From assembly GCF_009914755.1 (NCBI RefSeq), contig NC_060925.1: a stretch of 64,000 bases of DNA. The stretch is one strand, 5' to 3'. A program made the position numbers and the translations under genes. Source of the DNA: the human T2T-CHM13v2.0 reference genome, Homo sapiens. Of the stretch, positions 24,486-40,785 are shown in pieces. The first letter of the stretch is position 1. Each line of letters begins with the position of its first letter. The notes under the pieces were generated by a model. The model was given only the letters and a program-made list of their open reading frames with translations, had not been told where the DNA came from and did no database searches.

Positions 24486-25706
24486 GCAACAAGAGCTCAG
24501 GGATACTCATCCTTCTGGCTAAGTGAGTGACCATACTTGTTTGAGGTTTATAGGTCAGTAGACCTATAATAGTAGAATAGGATTAAATGCACTCAAAACT
24601 AAAATTATTTTGAATATAGTATGTATTTGAAAAATTAGAACACATTGCAGGATTTATAGTATTTTAGGATTATCATGAAGAATAAACAATTTTATACATT
24701 TTCTGAACGTGTGTTGTTTCACTGCAAATGTGTTGAAAAGGTAAAATAAAATAAAAATATCCTTCTATAGAACAATAAAGATTAGTAGTCTGGGAGGTTC
24801 ATCTGTTCAACAGAAACTTATTAAGTGCCAGGCACAGTGCTAAGTGCTAAGGTAGGCAGTTAAATAAGCCTTTCTGAGTTCAATCTTTGCTGATAACATT
24901 TGACATATTTTGAAAATTATTTAAAAAATTATTTGTAGTTGTTAGAATGAGTGAAAGGAATCCGTTGTTTGTAGATTTTATAATACACTGTCTTGCTAAT
25001 TTTCTTTTCCCCATTATTCATGGATAATTAAGGAATGAAGTAAAATTCTCACCAATAGGCTTCCTCAAGAACGTCAAGACTAATTTTATCTCAGTGTTGT
25101 GACCTACATGTCAAATGAATCTGAGGAGCTGGGAAGAAAATAAAATTTTAGGCAAAGCCAGAGGGTAATTCATGCTGTGGTGTATGTCAGACAATGCCTG
25201 GTGAGAATATTAAAGTGCTTCAGTTAAGTCAAAGTTTTGACGAATGTTCAGAGTTTTCCTGTTGACTTTATAGCCTGAGCTAACAGTATAGACCATTTGT
25301 CATTGTCAGTGCCTAAGGCCGCATCGACGATGTCAATACCAGCGGCAACAACAATTCTTTGAATAAAATGTTATGTTTTCCAGTAATGAATCCAGTGTCT
25401 TTACATATTGGCTCCTGATATCTCAGCCCCTTGGCCCTGAATACTTTCCAGAAGACTTGAGCTGCTAAGAACATGTGTGGAATGTATCAGGTTTAAAAGT
25501 AGGCTTCAATTTTCGTAGGACTCAGGAAGTTTTTCTCTGTCTTGCTGTAAAGTGTGGGATGCTAGAAGGAATGACTGGGAACTCTCAGGTATTCAGTACC
25601 ACTCACTATTACAACTCAATCATACAGTCACTGAGTTACTGTTGAAGGAATGAACGAGAAGCTGCAGACATAATAATTAGGTGAGAATGGTAAAGGAGCT
25701 AGGAGT

Positions 25707-25893
25707 TTTCTTTTTTTTTAAAATTATACTTTAAGTTTTAGGGTACATGTGCACGACGTGCAGGTTTGTTACATATGTATACATGTGCCATGATGGTGGG
25801 CTGCACCCATTAACTCGTCATTTAACATTAGGTATATCTCCTAATGCTATCCCTCCCCCCTCCTCCCACCCCACAACAGGCCCCTGTGTGTGA
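25707..25893 (-). mobile_element. Short L1PA (PA4-6-like) 3' end
   Basis: attatactttaagttttagggtacatgtgcac...ctaatgctatccctccccc. Confidence 0.92.
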
Positions 25894-27568
25894 AGGAAGA
25901 AGACTGAGAAGTAACTTAGTACCCAAGCAAATGGCAGACTCTTGTGTAAAGTGGGACATAGTAGAAAGATTTATAGTGGAAACAACTTTTCAGTTAACTG
26001 CATGGCCTTGCAAAAGTTCAACTTTATGTTCCTCCATGACTTCGTCTTCAGTTTTGGGATGATGATACAGGTGACGACTGGAACCTAGCTCACATAGGTG
26101 CTGGATGAATGGCAGCTGCTGTTTCTTCCACACATCCTAGGTATGATGAGATCCTTGAAATTAAGAGTCATGTATTGCCAATCTTTGTATTCCATAGAAC
26201 TACTAGTTCAATGCTTGACTCAGAATGGGAATTCAATATATTTATTGAATTAAAATGCAATATATATGATTTAGTTTAGACATAAAAGAAACTTTTTTTT
26301 TTTAAATTACGTAAGTTCTGCACATTCCTGGACTCACTTATTTGCAGGAGGGCTAGAATTGTCCTTTTAAGTTTTTGGAAATAGGAGGTGCTGATGTGTT
26401 TGGATATTTAGGTGTCAACATAGAGATGTTTAATATTGTTACTTTATTTATATTAGTGCATTTTGGATAAAAGCCTCTCAAGTCTTTAAAACTGTGGAAG
26501 AGACTGCGATAGGGAACTTTTTTTTTTTTTCTAGAGAATTAAGGTCCCCAAATGAATCAATGTACTATGTGGGTAGTAACATTCTGAATATGACTTTCTT
26601 CTTTCTATTAATAAATGGAATCTAGTTGACCTCTTCAACTTTTGCTGGGCTACAGCTATTATTTCAAAATTTAAAGAGATCCATGCTTGCCCTTGGGCCT
26701 AAAATTCCAATTAAAATGATGCCCCTGGCTATTAACTCCACATCCACAGAGATAATAATTGATCCAAGGAATATGTGTTGAATGGCTTGTTCTCATATCT
26801 TTTTAATGTCTTTCCCGAAGTAGTGTCTTAATCCTCCCCAAACCTAAGAGTATCCACAAAACAGAATAGGGCAGAGGTTTTTATTCACAGCAGTCATTTC
26901 CTTGCTCTCCCTTGCATGTTACCTTTGTTCAAGCCAGCAGCTTGAGCTCCCACTGTTTTGTTGTCTAATTCTGTATGTTTGCAAGCTCTTTATTTTCTTT
27001 TTTCCTGTTTACCTCTTGGGTTGCTCTGAACAAGATAAAATGGATTCAGTTGAATGGCAACATTATGTGATTTGATTTCCATTACTATAATGCCTCCCCT
27101 CCCTTTTTTGCTTTTGCTGATAATCATTTCTCTTAACTAACCATGATAATTAGCATTTTGTGTTTCTTAACAGCTGTTTTCTCTCTAGTCATCTTAAAAA
27201 AAACATAACACACAAACGGGTATTTTTCTTCAAGTCATTTTTGTCTTTGGATTTCTAGTTTTAATTGGTTTTCTCATTTGCTGCTATTCAGAAATAATTC
27301 TATTTCCATGTAATGCAATTAAAAAATATTTTTGACAAGAATTGCTTTCGAGTATTAGTTTTACTTCAAATTGTTTTGCTTTCATTTCAGCACATGAAAA
27401 AGATATTCTAGAAGATATTAATTTAACAAATCATCCCCATGATTTTTCTGAGGTTTGCAGTCTGTGTTAAGACATAAGATATTCAAAGTCCAAACTTAAA
27501 AAAAAAAAAAGAAAACAGGTTTATCTTACTGAAAGACAATATTCAATTATAGATGAAATTAATCACAC

Positions 27569-27866
<298 letters not shown>

Positions 27867-29502
27867 ACATTTATAATAATTCTTTATAAAGACCATTCCT
27901 TATATATCATTAAATAATGTTTGTGTAGTATAAATGTGTCATAGAATTTTAAAGTAGAAAGATGTTATAAATATAATTTATAAAAATTAAAACCGTATTT
28001 TTATTAAGAAAATTTACTTATTCTTTAAATACTTATTTAAATATTTAGGTAAACCATAATCAATTAAGGTTTTCTGCAAGAAGAATTGATGCAGCAAACA
28101 TTTAGTTCCTATGAATCTCTCTTTGTGACAAGGTATCCCAATGCAGTGAGAGATCTATTTTGAGCAGACATCTGGTTTCATGCTTAAAGAAATTCATTTT
28201 ATTCTATGGTTTACCTTGGGAAATATTACAGATCAATGAGTAGCACTATTCCTTAGCTTTCCAACTTTGCGTTGGAGTTCATAAATATTAATCACTTTAC
28301 TTCCTTCCTCTTTGCCCTGTAATGAAAGATATCAGAGTTCAGGTGGCACAGAGGTGCATCAATGCCCAGTGAAATGTGGAGAGTGAATCACCACCTAACA
28401 TCTAGAAGACTACACATTCACCTAGAAAATAATGGTTTCTGAACCATGCATAGATTGAATACTCTAGATTTGCCCTTGGCAATTTATGTCATTTCTAGAC
28501 ATATTTTTTTCCTTTCTTCACCTGCTGTCATTCACTTGAATTATTTCTACTCTCTAGGAAGCTTGTCTATCTTCTATGTGACAAAAAATTGTTTATAAAT
28601 TTAGCAAAAGAATTCAAGGACAGTAAAATTAATTCATAGAAAAGCATTAACAAATTTCCCTTTAGGTGGCAAATGCGGAAAGCAACACTTATGTACATAA
28701 GACATTACTTTTACTTATCATACTTTTGAGCTCTTAGCTGAAATATTATTTTTATTGTTATTTTGTCTACTCATAGTAACGTTTAAGGACAATATTTAAA
28801 ATATTTAAGAACTATTATGAGAAACCAATGTTTATAAAATTGCAGATACGTAAGGTGAGTCTCTGATTTAGTAAGTTTGTAAGTTTATTTTTAAAAAGAC
28901 CCAAGCCTCCATTTATCTCCAGTTTCTCTTACAAATATTATTATTTCCCAGAAAATTATGCAGCTTTTTATATAAGATTCATCTATTGTATTGCCATTTA
29001 AATTACTACTTTCATAAAAGTACTGCCCCACCTAGTCTCTCCAAAACAGATTAAAATGTTTTAAAAAATGCAAGGAGAAAAAGAAAGAAAATAAAATGAA
29101 TATTTAAATACTCAATTTATGATGCATTGTTTGATCATAACTGTTGAGTGTATGGATGGAAAGATGAGAAAACGTGGTCTGATATGACTTTTCTTCAAGT
29201 CTCAAAACAAGAATGTGAACAATTTTCTAAATCATTTCAAATAGAAAGAATATACTTATCTCAACTCTTGGAAATTTTGCCAAAGTTGATTTTCATTTTG
29301 AAAAGTCACCTGGCATAGATAAAGGAAAGTGCACCCCACCCAAGTTTGTATTTCAGTTTCCAGGCTTGAGTGTCCCTCATAACCCTGTGAGTACTTCATA
29401 TAACGCTGTTATGCTCATTTAATACTGAGGAGACTGAAGCCCAAAAGACTGAAATGCTAAGCCTAACTTTAGCCCTCATTCTAACACCATACAGTTGCCT
29501 AG

Positions 29503-30253
<751 letters not shown>

Positions 30254-30330
30254 TTAGGAGCAAATGGATGGCTGTTTCAGTACATTTCATTTTTCATATA
30301 TTAGTGTTTTTCATTCTTGTGCATTTTTCC

Positions 30331-30486
30331 ATTTTGTTTGTTTGTTTTCCTGCGCCGTTGCCCATGCTGGAGTGCAGTGGTGCGATCATAGCTCACTACA
30401 GCCTCAAACTCTCGGGCGCAAGTGATCCTCCCACCTCAGCCTTCTGAGTAGCTGAGATTACAGGCACGAGCCACCCCACCCAGCCT
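30331..30486 (-). mobile_element. Alu monomer (FLAM/AluJ-like)
   Basis: ctggagtgcagtggtgcgatcatagctcactacagcctcaaactc. Confidence 0.85.
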
Positions 30487-30859
30487 GTTTGGGGCTCTTA
30501 ATTAAAATCCTCTTTGGTTCCAGATTCATTTTCTTCACCGATATGTTTATTTCACATATTTAATGTGTTCTATTCACCATTTTCACATTCTATAGAAGAT
30601 ACAGTGGAAAGAAAATATCAATCTCGAATATAGCTTTGATTCCAGAAGCATCACAGAGTTTGTACACACTTGAAAGAAAGGCTTCTAACATTAGGTTTCT
30701 CACCTAGAAGGATACTGGAGATACAAAGCCTGTCTAGGAAAACAAACCATTCTCCCTGCTAAAATGAAATGATACAGAAGGACCTGAAAGGACAAGTGAG
30801 CTCAGAGGTGGTAAGAGTGTAAGACCTTTGCCAAAAAACTAGACAGAAACCCAGGTGAA

Positions 30860-31372
30860 TTAGAGAAGGATCAAATAGAAGAAGAAAAGATGTATTATAA
30901 AAATGATAAATATAATTATCACTCTTTAATGATATACTGGTTATATCTTCAAAGACCTAGGCAGTATTATTGAAAATCTACTAGATTAGTAAAAGAATTT
31001 GATCTGATGTCTGATGCAAGATAAGCACACAAATCAACTTCTGTCTATTAATTCACCAGTAATAGTAATAGTATTTAGTAATTGTGGAATATTATTACTA
31101 ATTCACCTAGAAATAAAATTGTGAAAATATTTTTGCCAAATGTGATAACACTCATAATATAATTGAAAGCAAATTTAACAAAAATATGAAAGCCTCAATG
31201 AAGGAAAACATAACATATAAATCATACAAAAGCATAAGGACATGTTTATCCTTCCTGAAGGATATAAAATAGAATCAAAACAAATAGAAATACATACCAC
31301 ATTTTACATGAAAAGACAATATTAGAAAATGTCAGTTTTCCTAAAACTGATATATAAACTTAATACAGTTGC
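30860..31372 (+). mobile_element. Old L1ME-like ORF2 fragment
   Basis: A-rich decayed RT-region motifs (gaaaatctactagatta; aatgtcagttttcctaaaactgatatataaa). Confidence 0.65.
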
Positions 31373-31374
31373 TA

Positions 31375-31835
31375 TTTCTATTTGCTTTCTACTGCTGCGT
31401 CATAAATTATCACTAACTTAGCAGCTTAAGAAATACCTATTAATCTCAGAGTTTCTGTAGGTCCTAAGTCTGGGGAAAGCGTAACAGGCTCTTTGGTTCA
31501 GTTTTTCACCCAGCTGCTATCCAGGTGTCAGCTGGGGTGTGGTCTTATCAGAGGCCTGACTGGGGAAAGATTCACTATCAATTCATTCAGTTTTGGCAGG
31601 ATTTATTTTCTTGTGGGTATAGAACTGAGGCCCCTGTTTGCTCCCTGTTGGCCAAGAAGAAGCTCTTTGCATCTAGAAGCCTCCCAAAGGTCTTTGCCAC
31701 ACAGTCATGTAAGAAGTTACAACATGACAGCTTATTTATTCATAGCCCGTATGGGAGTCTGGTTAGCAAAGTGGGTACTATTGCATGTATAGTAACATAA
31801 TCATGAGAGTAATACTCATCACCTTTGCCATAGAA
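31375..31835 (-). mobile_element. MLT1 MaLR LTR fragment
   Basis: aaattatcactaacttagcagcttaa..tctcagagtttctgtaggtc. Confidence 0.7.
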
Positions 31836-31857
31836 CATACCCTTACTATGGGAGTGA

Positions 31858-31980
<123 letters not shown>

Positions 31981-33479
31981 TAAAAAAGAAAAGTGAAAAG
32001 GTATACTTATTTATAAGTCTTACCATATTTAAAAGTGCAGAGTTCATGGATGGAATTTTTTATATATTCCTCTAATGCTACAGTGTCAATTGACATGTAG
32101 AATCAATAGAATAGCCATGGTACTTTTGTTTCCTATTGTAAAGTCTGGCTGTGTCTATTTTTAAAAGTGCTGGATGATGCTTTTAATGGGTAATAACTTA
32201 ATAACTTGCTATAATCAGTTTGTCTCTACCATCTCCACATTAGTTACCTGCTATTTCATCCAAACTTTCTGTTCCATACCAGCATCTGCACTGATTTTAA
32301 AACTCTTTACCTCCCTTTCCAGTAAACAAAGAAACAAAAATAGGAAACAATGAATCACATCACAACAATGTCTATGTGTGCCCTCTGCCTCAGAAGAGAA
32401 TAGTGATTTTTAAATGTAAGTCATTACAATGATAGACCCCCTTTCTCAGGCCAAAAGAAATTGGCCTTTGCCATAATAGCAAAAAGCAGATTTTGTACTT
32501 ACCTAAGATTTTAATCAGTGATGACAGTGATTGTATTAAAATTACTTGCACTTTTAGCATGTTAAAGAGTTATCTCGTTATCCCCTTTTAGTGGTTTCAC
32601 AACCATATTTAATCAGATAGCAAGTCTATAGATAAAATCTGGCATTTTTAAATACAAAATTGCTTATGCAGTAAAGGAGAAGCATGCTTCTAACAGCTGG
32701 ATCCTTTGGCAAGATACCCTTATATTTGCTTTCACTTGTGCTAAGGAAAACTGTCTTTAGCCACCTGAGATGGTAGCCCAATGCCAGCTGTTTTGGGCTG
32801 TAGAGGGTGTGCTGAGTAGTGAGCCTGTAGCAGTGTGACCTGTGCCAGTATCCAGATACCATTTGTTGATTTGCTCGAGTAAACACTCACCATTTAGAGT
32901 CCAGTGAGGAAACACCACTTGTACTTTGTTACATAACTTAAGTACAGCACATTTAATTTAATTGGTTTTGTAATGATTACTATAACCTACTTTTATTTTA
33001 AAAAATGGTAAAGACATTTCCAAAATTAATTAATGCAACAAATTTCTGCTTATACAGTTCTTAAATGAGAAATAGTTTTTATGTGTAACATATTTTCACG
33101 GTGAATTTTTATAAATTTTATTTGATAAATGAAATAGCTATTTTCGAAATCAATATGGAGAATATTTAAAAATAAATACTTTGGTAACTTTTAAGACGGT
33201 CTAGATTAAAATATTAATAGAGGACATAAATATGAAAAATGTGCAATGGCTAGTTACAATTAATGTCTATTTCTGGTTAATGAGGGCAAATGCATTTTCT
33301 TTCAAGTACTTGAAACAACACTACAATTTTCATTAGACTATATTTTTTAGAAGAAAATACTGTAATACTAAATGTGTAATTTTAAGTGTTTATAAGGCTT
33401 TTAGTATTACACTATTTTCTTAAAATTAGTGTAGTAGAAAAAGCATTTAATTAGCAGACCATGTCTACATTTACATTTG

Positions 33480-35278
33480 TTATTTCTCTTGTGTCAGATT
33501 AAGTTGTGATTTGTCTGTTATATGAAATAGTCAAGTTTATTTGGCTTAAGTTGTTCATAATGACCTGTTATCCTTTTATTGTCTGTAAGGTCCATAATGA
33601 TATCTTATTTTTCATTTCAGATAGTGGTGATGTTTCTTTTCTCACATTTTTCTTGCCAGAGATTTATCTTTTTTCTTTTTTTCATCTTTTCAAAGAACCA
33701 ACTTTAGGTTTCATTGGTTTTCTATATTGGTTTTCTATATCATTGATATCTGCTTTTTGTTATTTCTTGTCATCTATTGAATACATTCTTGCTATTCTAT
33801 TTCCCACTTATTGAAATGCATGCTTATAATATTGCTTATAATTCTTTTTATGTTTCTACTATATGCATTTAAAGATAAAAATTTTATAAATTCTCTATAG
33901 AAATGCTTAGCTACATCACACAAGTTTTGATATGTTGTTCCAACATAGTTTAATTCAAAGTATTTAATCAATTTTAATGTGATTTTTTTCTTTCACTTGT
34001 CAAATATATAAAAATATATGCTTAATTTCCAAACATTGGGACTTTCTCATAACTTGTTATCACGTATTTCCAATGTAATTCTATTGTGTATAATTGAAAT
34101 CATATTCTATATGACTTAAGTCATAGAGAAAATTATTTACAGCCTGCCATATGATGAATTTGGTAAATGTTTTATGAGCACTTGAAAAGAATGTGTATCC
34201 TACAGGAACAGAAAAGCAAACACCATATGTTCTCACTCATAAGTGGGAGCTGAACAATGAGAACACATGGACACACGGAGGGGAACATCACACACCAGGG
34301 CCTATCGGGGGGTGGGGGGAAAGGGGATGGAGAGCATTAGGACAAATACCTAATGCATGTGGAGCTTAAGACCTAGATGAGGGGTTGATAGGTGCGCATG
34401 TATACGTGTGTATATGTATACCATGGCACACGTATACCTATGTAACAAACTTGCATGTTCAGCACATGTATCCCAGAACTTAAAGTAAAATAATAATAAT
34501 AAAAAAGAAAACAATGTGTATTCTGTTACTCTTGGGTATAATGTCATTGTACTTTGTTAATTAGGTGCCATTAGTTTATAGCACTATTAGCATTTTGGGT
34601 AGTCTTATTGATATTTTTTGTTTGATTCTTCTATTAGTTATTGAGAGTTTGTTAAAATCTCCAAGGATGATTTTATATTAATATATTTATCCATTTTAGT
34701 TCTGAAAATTCATGCCTTACATATGTTGAGATTATGCTATTAGGATCATGCACATTTATAATTATTCTATCTCCTGGCACGTTGACCGATTTATCATTAC
34801 AAAATGTCTCTTTTTATTTTTGATATTTTTTGCTGTAGTGTCTAGGGTTTCTAATATTAGTATAGTTATGTTATCTTTTTGTGTTTCATAATATATATTT
34901 ATGTTGTATAGTACACGTATATATTTTTCATCTTTTTTCTGCAGCTTCTATTCTGTTTTTTTTCATGCTTTTGTATGAGTATTTTTGATCACCAATCCTT
35001 CAGTTCACTGATTTTCTCTTTTGTTGTTTCTAATCTACTGTTAAACCTATATATTAAATTCTAAATTTCAGTTATTGTATGTTGCAGTTCTAAAATGACC
35101 TCTTGGTCATTGGATTCTTTTTGTTAAAGAGTCCAGTCCTATGGTGAATCTCCCCATTTTTCCATGTACTCTTTTTAGCACAAGAAATTAATTATATTTA
35201 TCCTCAAGGGTGTATGATGATTCTAGTATGTATGTAACCTGTGGGTCTGTTGTTTTTATTGTCTTCAGTCATTTTCTT
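33480..35278 (-). mobile_element. Old L1ME-like fragments
   Basis: cttttcaaagaaccaactttagg; gcacttgaaaagaatgtgtat; tttatcattacaaaatgtctc. Confidence 0.7.
34202..34507 (+). mobile_element. 5'-truncated L1PA7/8-like 3' end nested in an old L1
   Basis: atgttctcactcataagtgggagctgaacaatgagaacacatggacac; TSD aaaagaatgtgtatcct / aaaacaatgtgtattct. Confidence 0.9.
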
Positions 35279-35281
35279 CTA

Positions 35282-37376
<2,095 letters not shown>

Positions 37377-38125
37377 GAAAAATTTTAAATGTTTTTTTGA
37401 TATTGTGTACGAAAGTTATAGAAAAAATTTGAGACTTTAGATGATGTCAGGCCTTCTAGATGACTTTAAGTTGCTGGCAGTCAAAGTAGGGGAAGACTAT
37501 GAAACATGGAATTTCAGTGGTTTGATGATGTATATCACTTTTTTTGAAGGCTTATGTATTTCAAACTTACTGCATTTTTTAGGGTATAGCTTTGCCAGGG
37601 TCCTAACTGGAATTCTGCTTTTTGTTTGCTTTATGCCTAGTAATTCTCCTCCTTCTTGACCGGCTCTGTTTTGTCTCAAGAGCCATATGAAATTACCAAA
37701 TGCTCTGCTCATCTTCCTATCCTCTTGGCTGAAACATCTCAGCTTCATTACTTCTCGGCCCTAAGTCACAACCACCTCAAGAGGAAAAGTAGAACAAAAT
37801 ATTGGGTTTATCTCAATGCTGTTTTAATCTCTCTGAATCTCATTCTATCACATTTACAAACGATTGATTCTATAAACATGTGAGACTGCCAAAGCTTTTA
37901 GCCACTGCTTAGAAATCAGCAGATGACTCCAAAATCATTTGGCTCTTGATAGTTGCGGGGAAAAAATTGAAAAATTTCAATACATATTTATGATTAAAAC
38001 AACAACTGGTTTATAAACTTGTTTTATAAAAGAATTTCTTTGATTTGGTGAGGGTTATGTACCAAAATCCACATCAAATACTCTTAATGAAAAACAGTAG
38101 TTAAATTCATTATTTTTAAGACTGG

Positions 38126-38410
38126 GGCTGGGTGCGGTGGCTTACGCCTGTAATCCCAGCACTTTGGGAGGCTGAGACAAGCAGATCACCTGAGGTCAGG
38201 AGTTCAAGACCAGCCTGGCCAGCATGGCAAAACTCTGTTTCTACTAAAATTATAAAAATTAGCCAGGTGTGGGGCACGCCTGTAATCCGAGCTACTCAGG
38301 AGGCTGAGAAAGGAGAATTGCCTGAACCTGAGAGGTGGAGGTTGCAGTGAGCCGCGATTGTGCCACTAACTCCAGCCTGGGCAATACAGCAAGATTCCAT
38401 CTAAAAAAAA
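38126..38410 (+). mobile_element. AluS
   Basis: Full dimer; TSD aagactggg. Confidence 0.93.
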
Positions 38411-38776
38411 AGACTGGGAGCAAGAGTAGAATGCCCATTATTTTTCCTTCTGTTATACATATTGTTAGATATCTTGGACACTGAAAATTAAAAAGAATTA
38501 TATTTGAAATGAATATCTAGATAGAGAATACAACCAAATCAATAAGTAATAGACCTCATAAATGAATTAAGCAAGGTTGCCGTATTTGAATCAATAAAAA
38601 TTAATATTTCTCTACACCAGAAAAAACAACTAAAAATTGTAATGAAGCATGTCACCTTTCTTACTAGCAAGAAACAATAAAAGTGCCTAGGTATTAACTT
38701 ACTCTATAGTGAATAGGACCTCAGTGGACAAAATGTTAATCCCTAAAAGATACATGGCAAATAATTTGAATAAGTG

Positions 38777-39143
<367 letters not shown>

Positions 39144-39513
39144 TTATAAAAAGACCAATTTTTCTCAAATAATTTTATAAGTGCAACTCAATTCCAGATC
39201 ACATTTCAGTTGTATTTTTTGAGGAGTTTCACAAACATACTTTAAAAGTTCTATTGAAGAATGAAGTCCAAGAGTAACTCAATGCATCTTAAAAATGGAA
39301 AGTTTGAGGGAGAATCAGGGCTACCAGATATTATATACTTATATGAAGCAATGCAAGTGTGACAGTGTAAAACTGGCACCAGAACAGACACATGAAAAAA
39401 AAAGGAAGACAACTGATAGCCAACAGATAGAATCATTTATATTTGGAATTAAACATCACATAAACAGGGCATCTTCCTCAAATCCATAAAAAAAGACAAC
39501 TTGTCAAGGAGAT

Positions 39514-40099
39514 CAGGGTGCCCAACCCTTGGGCCATGGATTGGTACCAGAAAGTTATACAGATAAAACAAATATCAAATATGGTTTATTCCATGGAACA
39601 TGTTAGACCCTCAGCAATCACCTTTCTTTTCCTTTTCTTGATATTCTCCTTTCCCATCCAGTATGGCACTTCATTCAACCACAACTGCTGGAAATGGAGA
39701 CTAAAGTCACACACCACTATTTTAGACATTAAGACACCTATTTCTTTGGGAATATACAAGTTTACCCTAGTAGTCTGAAACCGGAAATAGTACCAGTCCA
39801 TGGCCCATTGGGAACTGAGCCGCACAGCAGGAGGTGAGTAACAGGCAAGTGAGCATTACCACCTGAGCTCCACCTCCTGTCAGATCAGCAGTGGCATTAG
39901 ATTCTCATAGGAGCAGGAACCCTACTGTGAACTGCGCATGTGAGGGATCTAGGTTGCATTTTCCTTATGAGAATCTAATGCCTGATGATCTGAGGTGGAA
40001 CAGTTTTATCCCAAAACCATCCCCCACCCCAACCCTGTCCATGGTAAAATTGTTGTCCATGAAACCAGTTCCTAGTGCCAAAAAGGTTGGGGACTGCTG
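39514..40099 (+). mobile_element. MER1B hAT-Charlie MITE containing a 239-bp foreign insert (39551-39789)
   Basis: TIRs cagggtgcccaaccc...aggttggggactgctg; internal ggcattagattctcatagg..tatgagaatctaatgcc dyad; strand convention uncertain. Confidence 0.9.
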
Positions 40100-40785
40100 T
40101 GGAAGATGATAATAAGAAAACTATTTACTAGATTAAGAAAAATAAAGCTGGTTCCTCACTTAACACATACAAAATGTGAGCTCTAAAGGATTAGGTACTC
40201 AAATTGAAAGGTAATTTATAGGCCTAATAGATTATGTATGCAGTTATCTATGTGGGCTAGAAAACAAAGATTTCTTCAAAGAAATGACTCCCAGAGTTCA
40301 AACACAAAAGCAAAAAGTTGATTAATTTTATTTTATCAAAACTAAGGACTTCTATTACTATTACACAAAACTCCATGAAGAAAGATAATTTTTTGAATTA
40401 AAGAAAATATTTTCAATGTCTAAATTAAACAAAATATCCATATCTACAATCTCCAAGGCACTCCTGCAAACCACAAGAAAGACAACAAACAATCTCAACA
40501 GGGCAAAGGACATGAATAGGCAATTTATACAGAAAAAAATTCAAGGCCATTAAGCACATGTTATAAGTCATTACTAATTTGAGATATTGAAATAAAATAT
40601 ATAATAATGTATACATTTTAGGCTGGTGAAAATTAGTAATCTTTGTGTTGGCAGTTATGTGGGCTATAGCAAGTCCCCTGCACTGCCCTTTTGATTGTGA
40701 CCCATGCATTCCTTCTGGAGAGGTACAATCTTGCCAGAGCCCTACTGAGTTTATTAAATATGCACATATTGTTTTCCTGAGTATA

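Noticed and set aside
39893-39983. Long inverted repeat ggcattagattctcatagg / ccttatgagaatctaatgcc as a novel hairpin RNA
   Set aside because: Intrinsic internal dyad of MER1 elements; also present in the MER1A at ~52362-52450.
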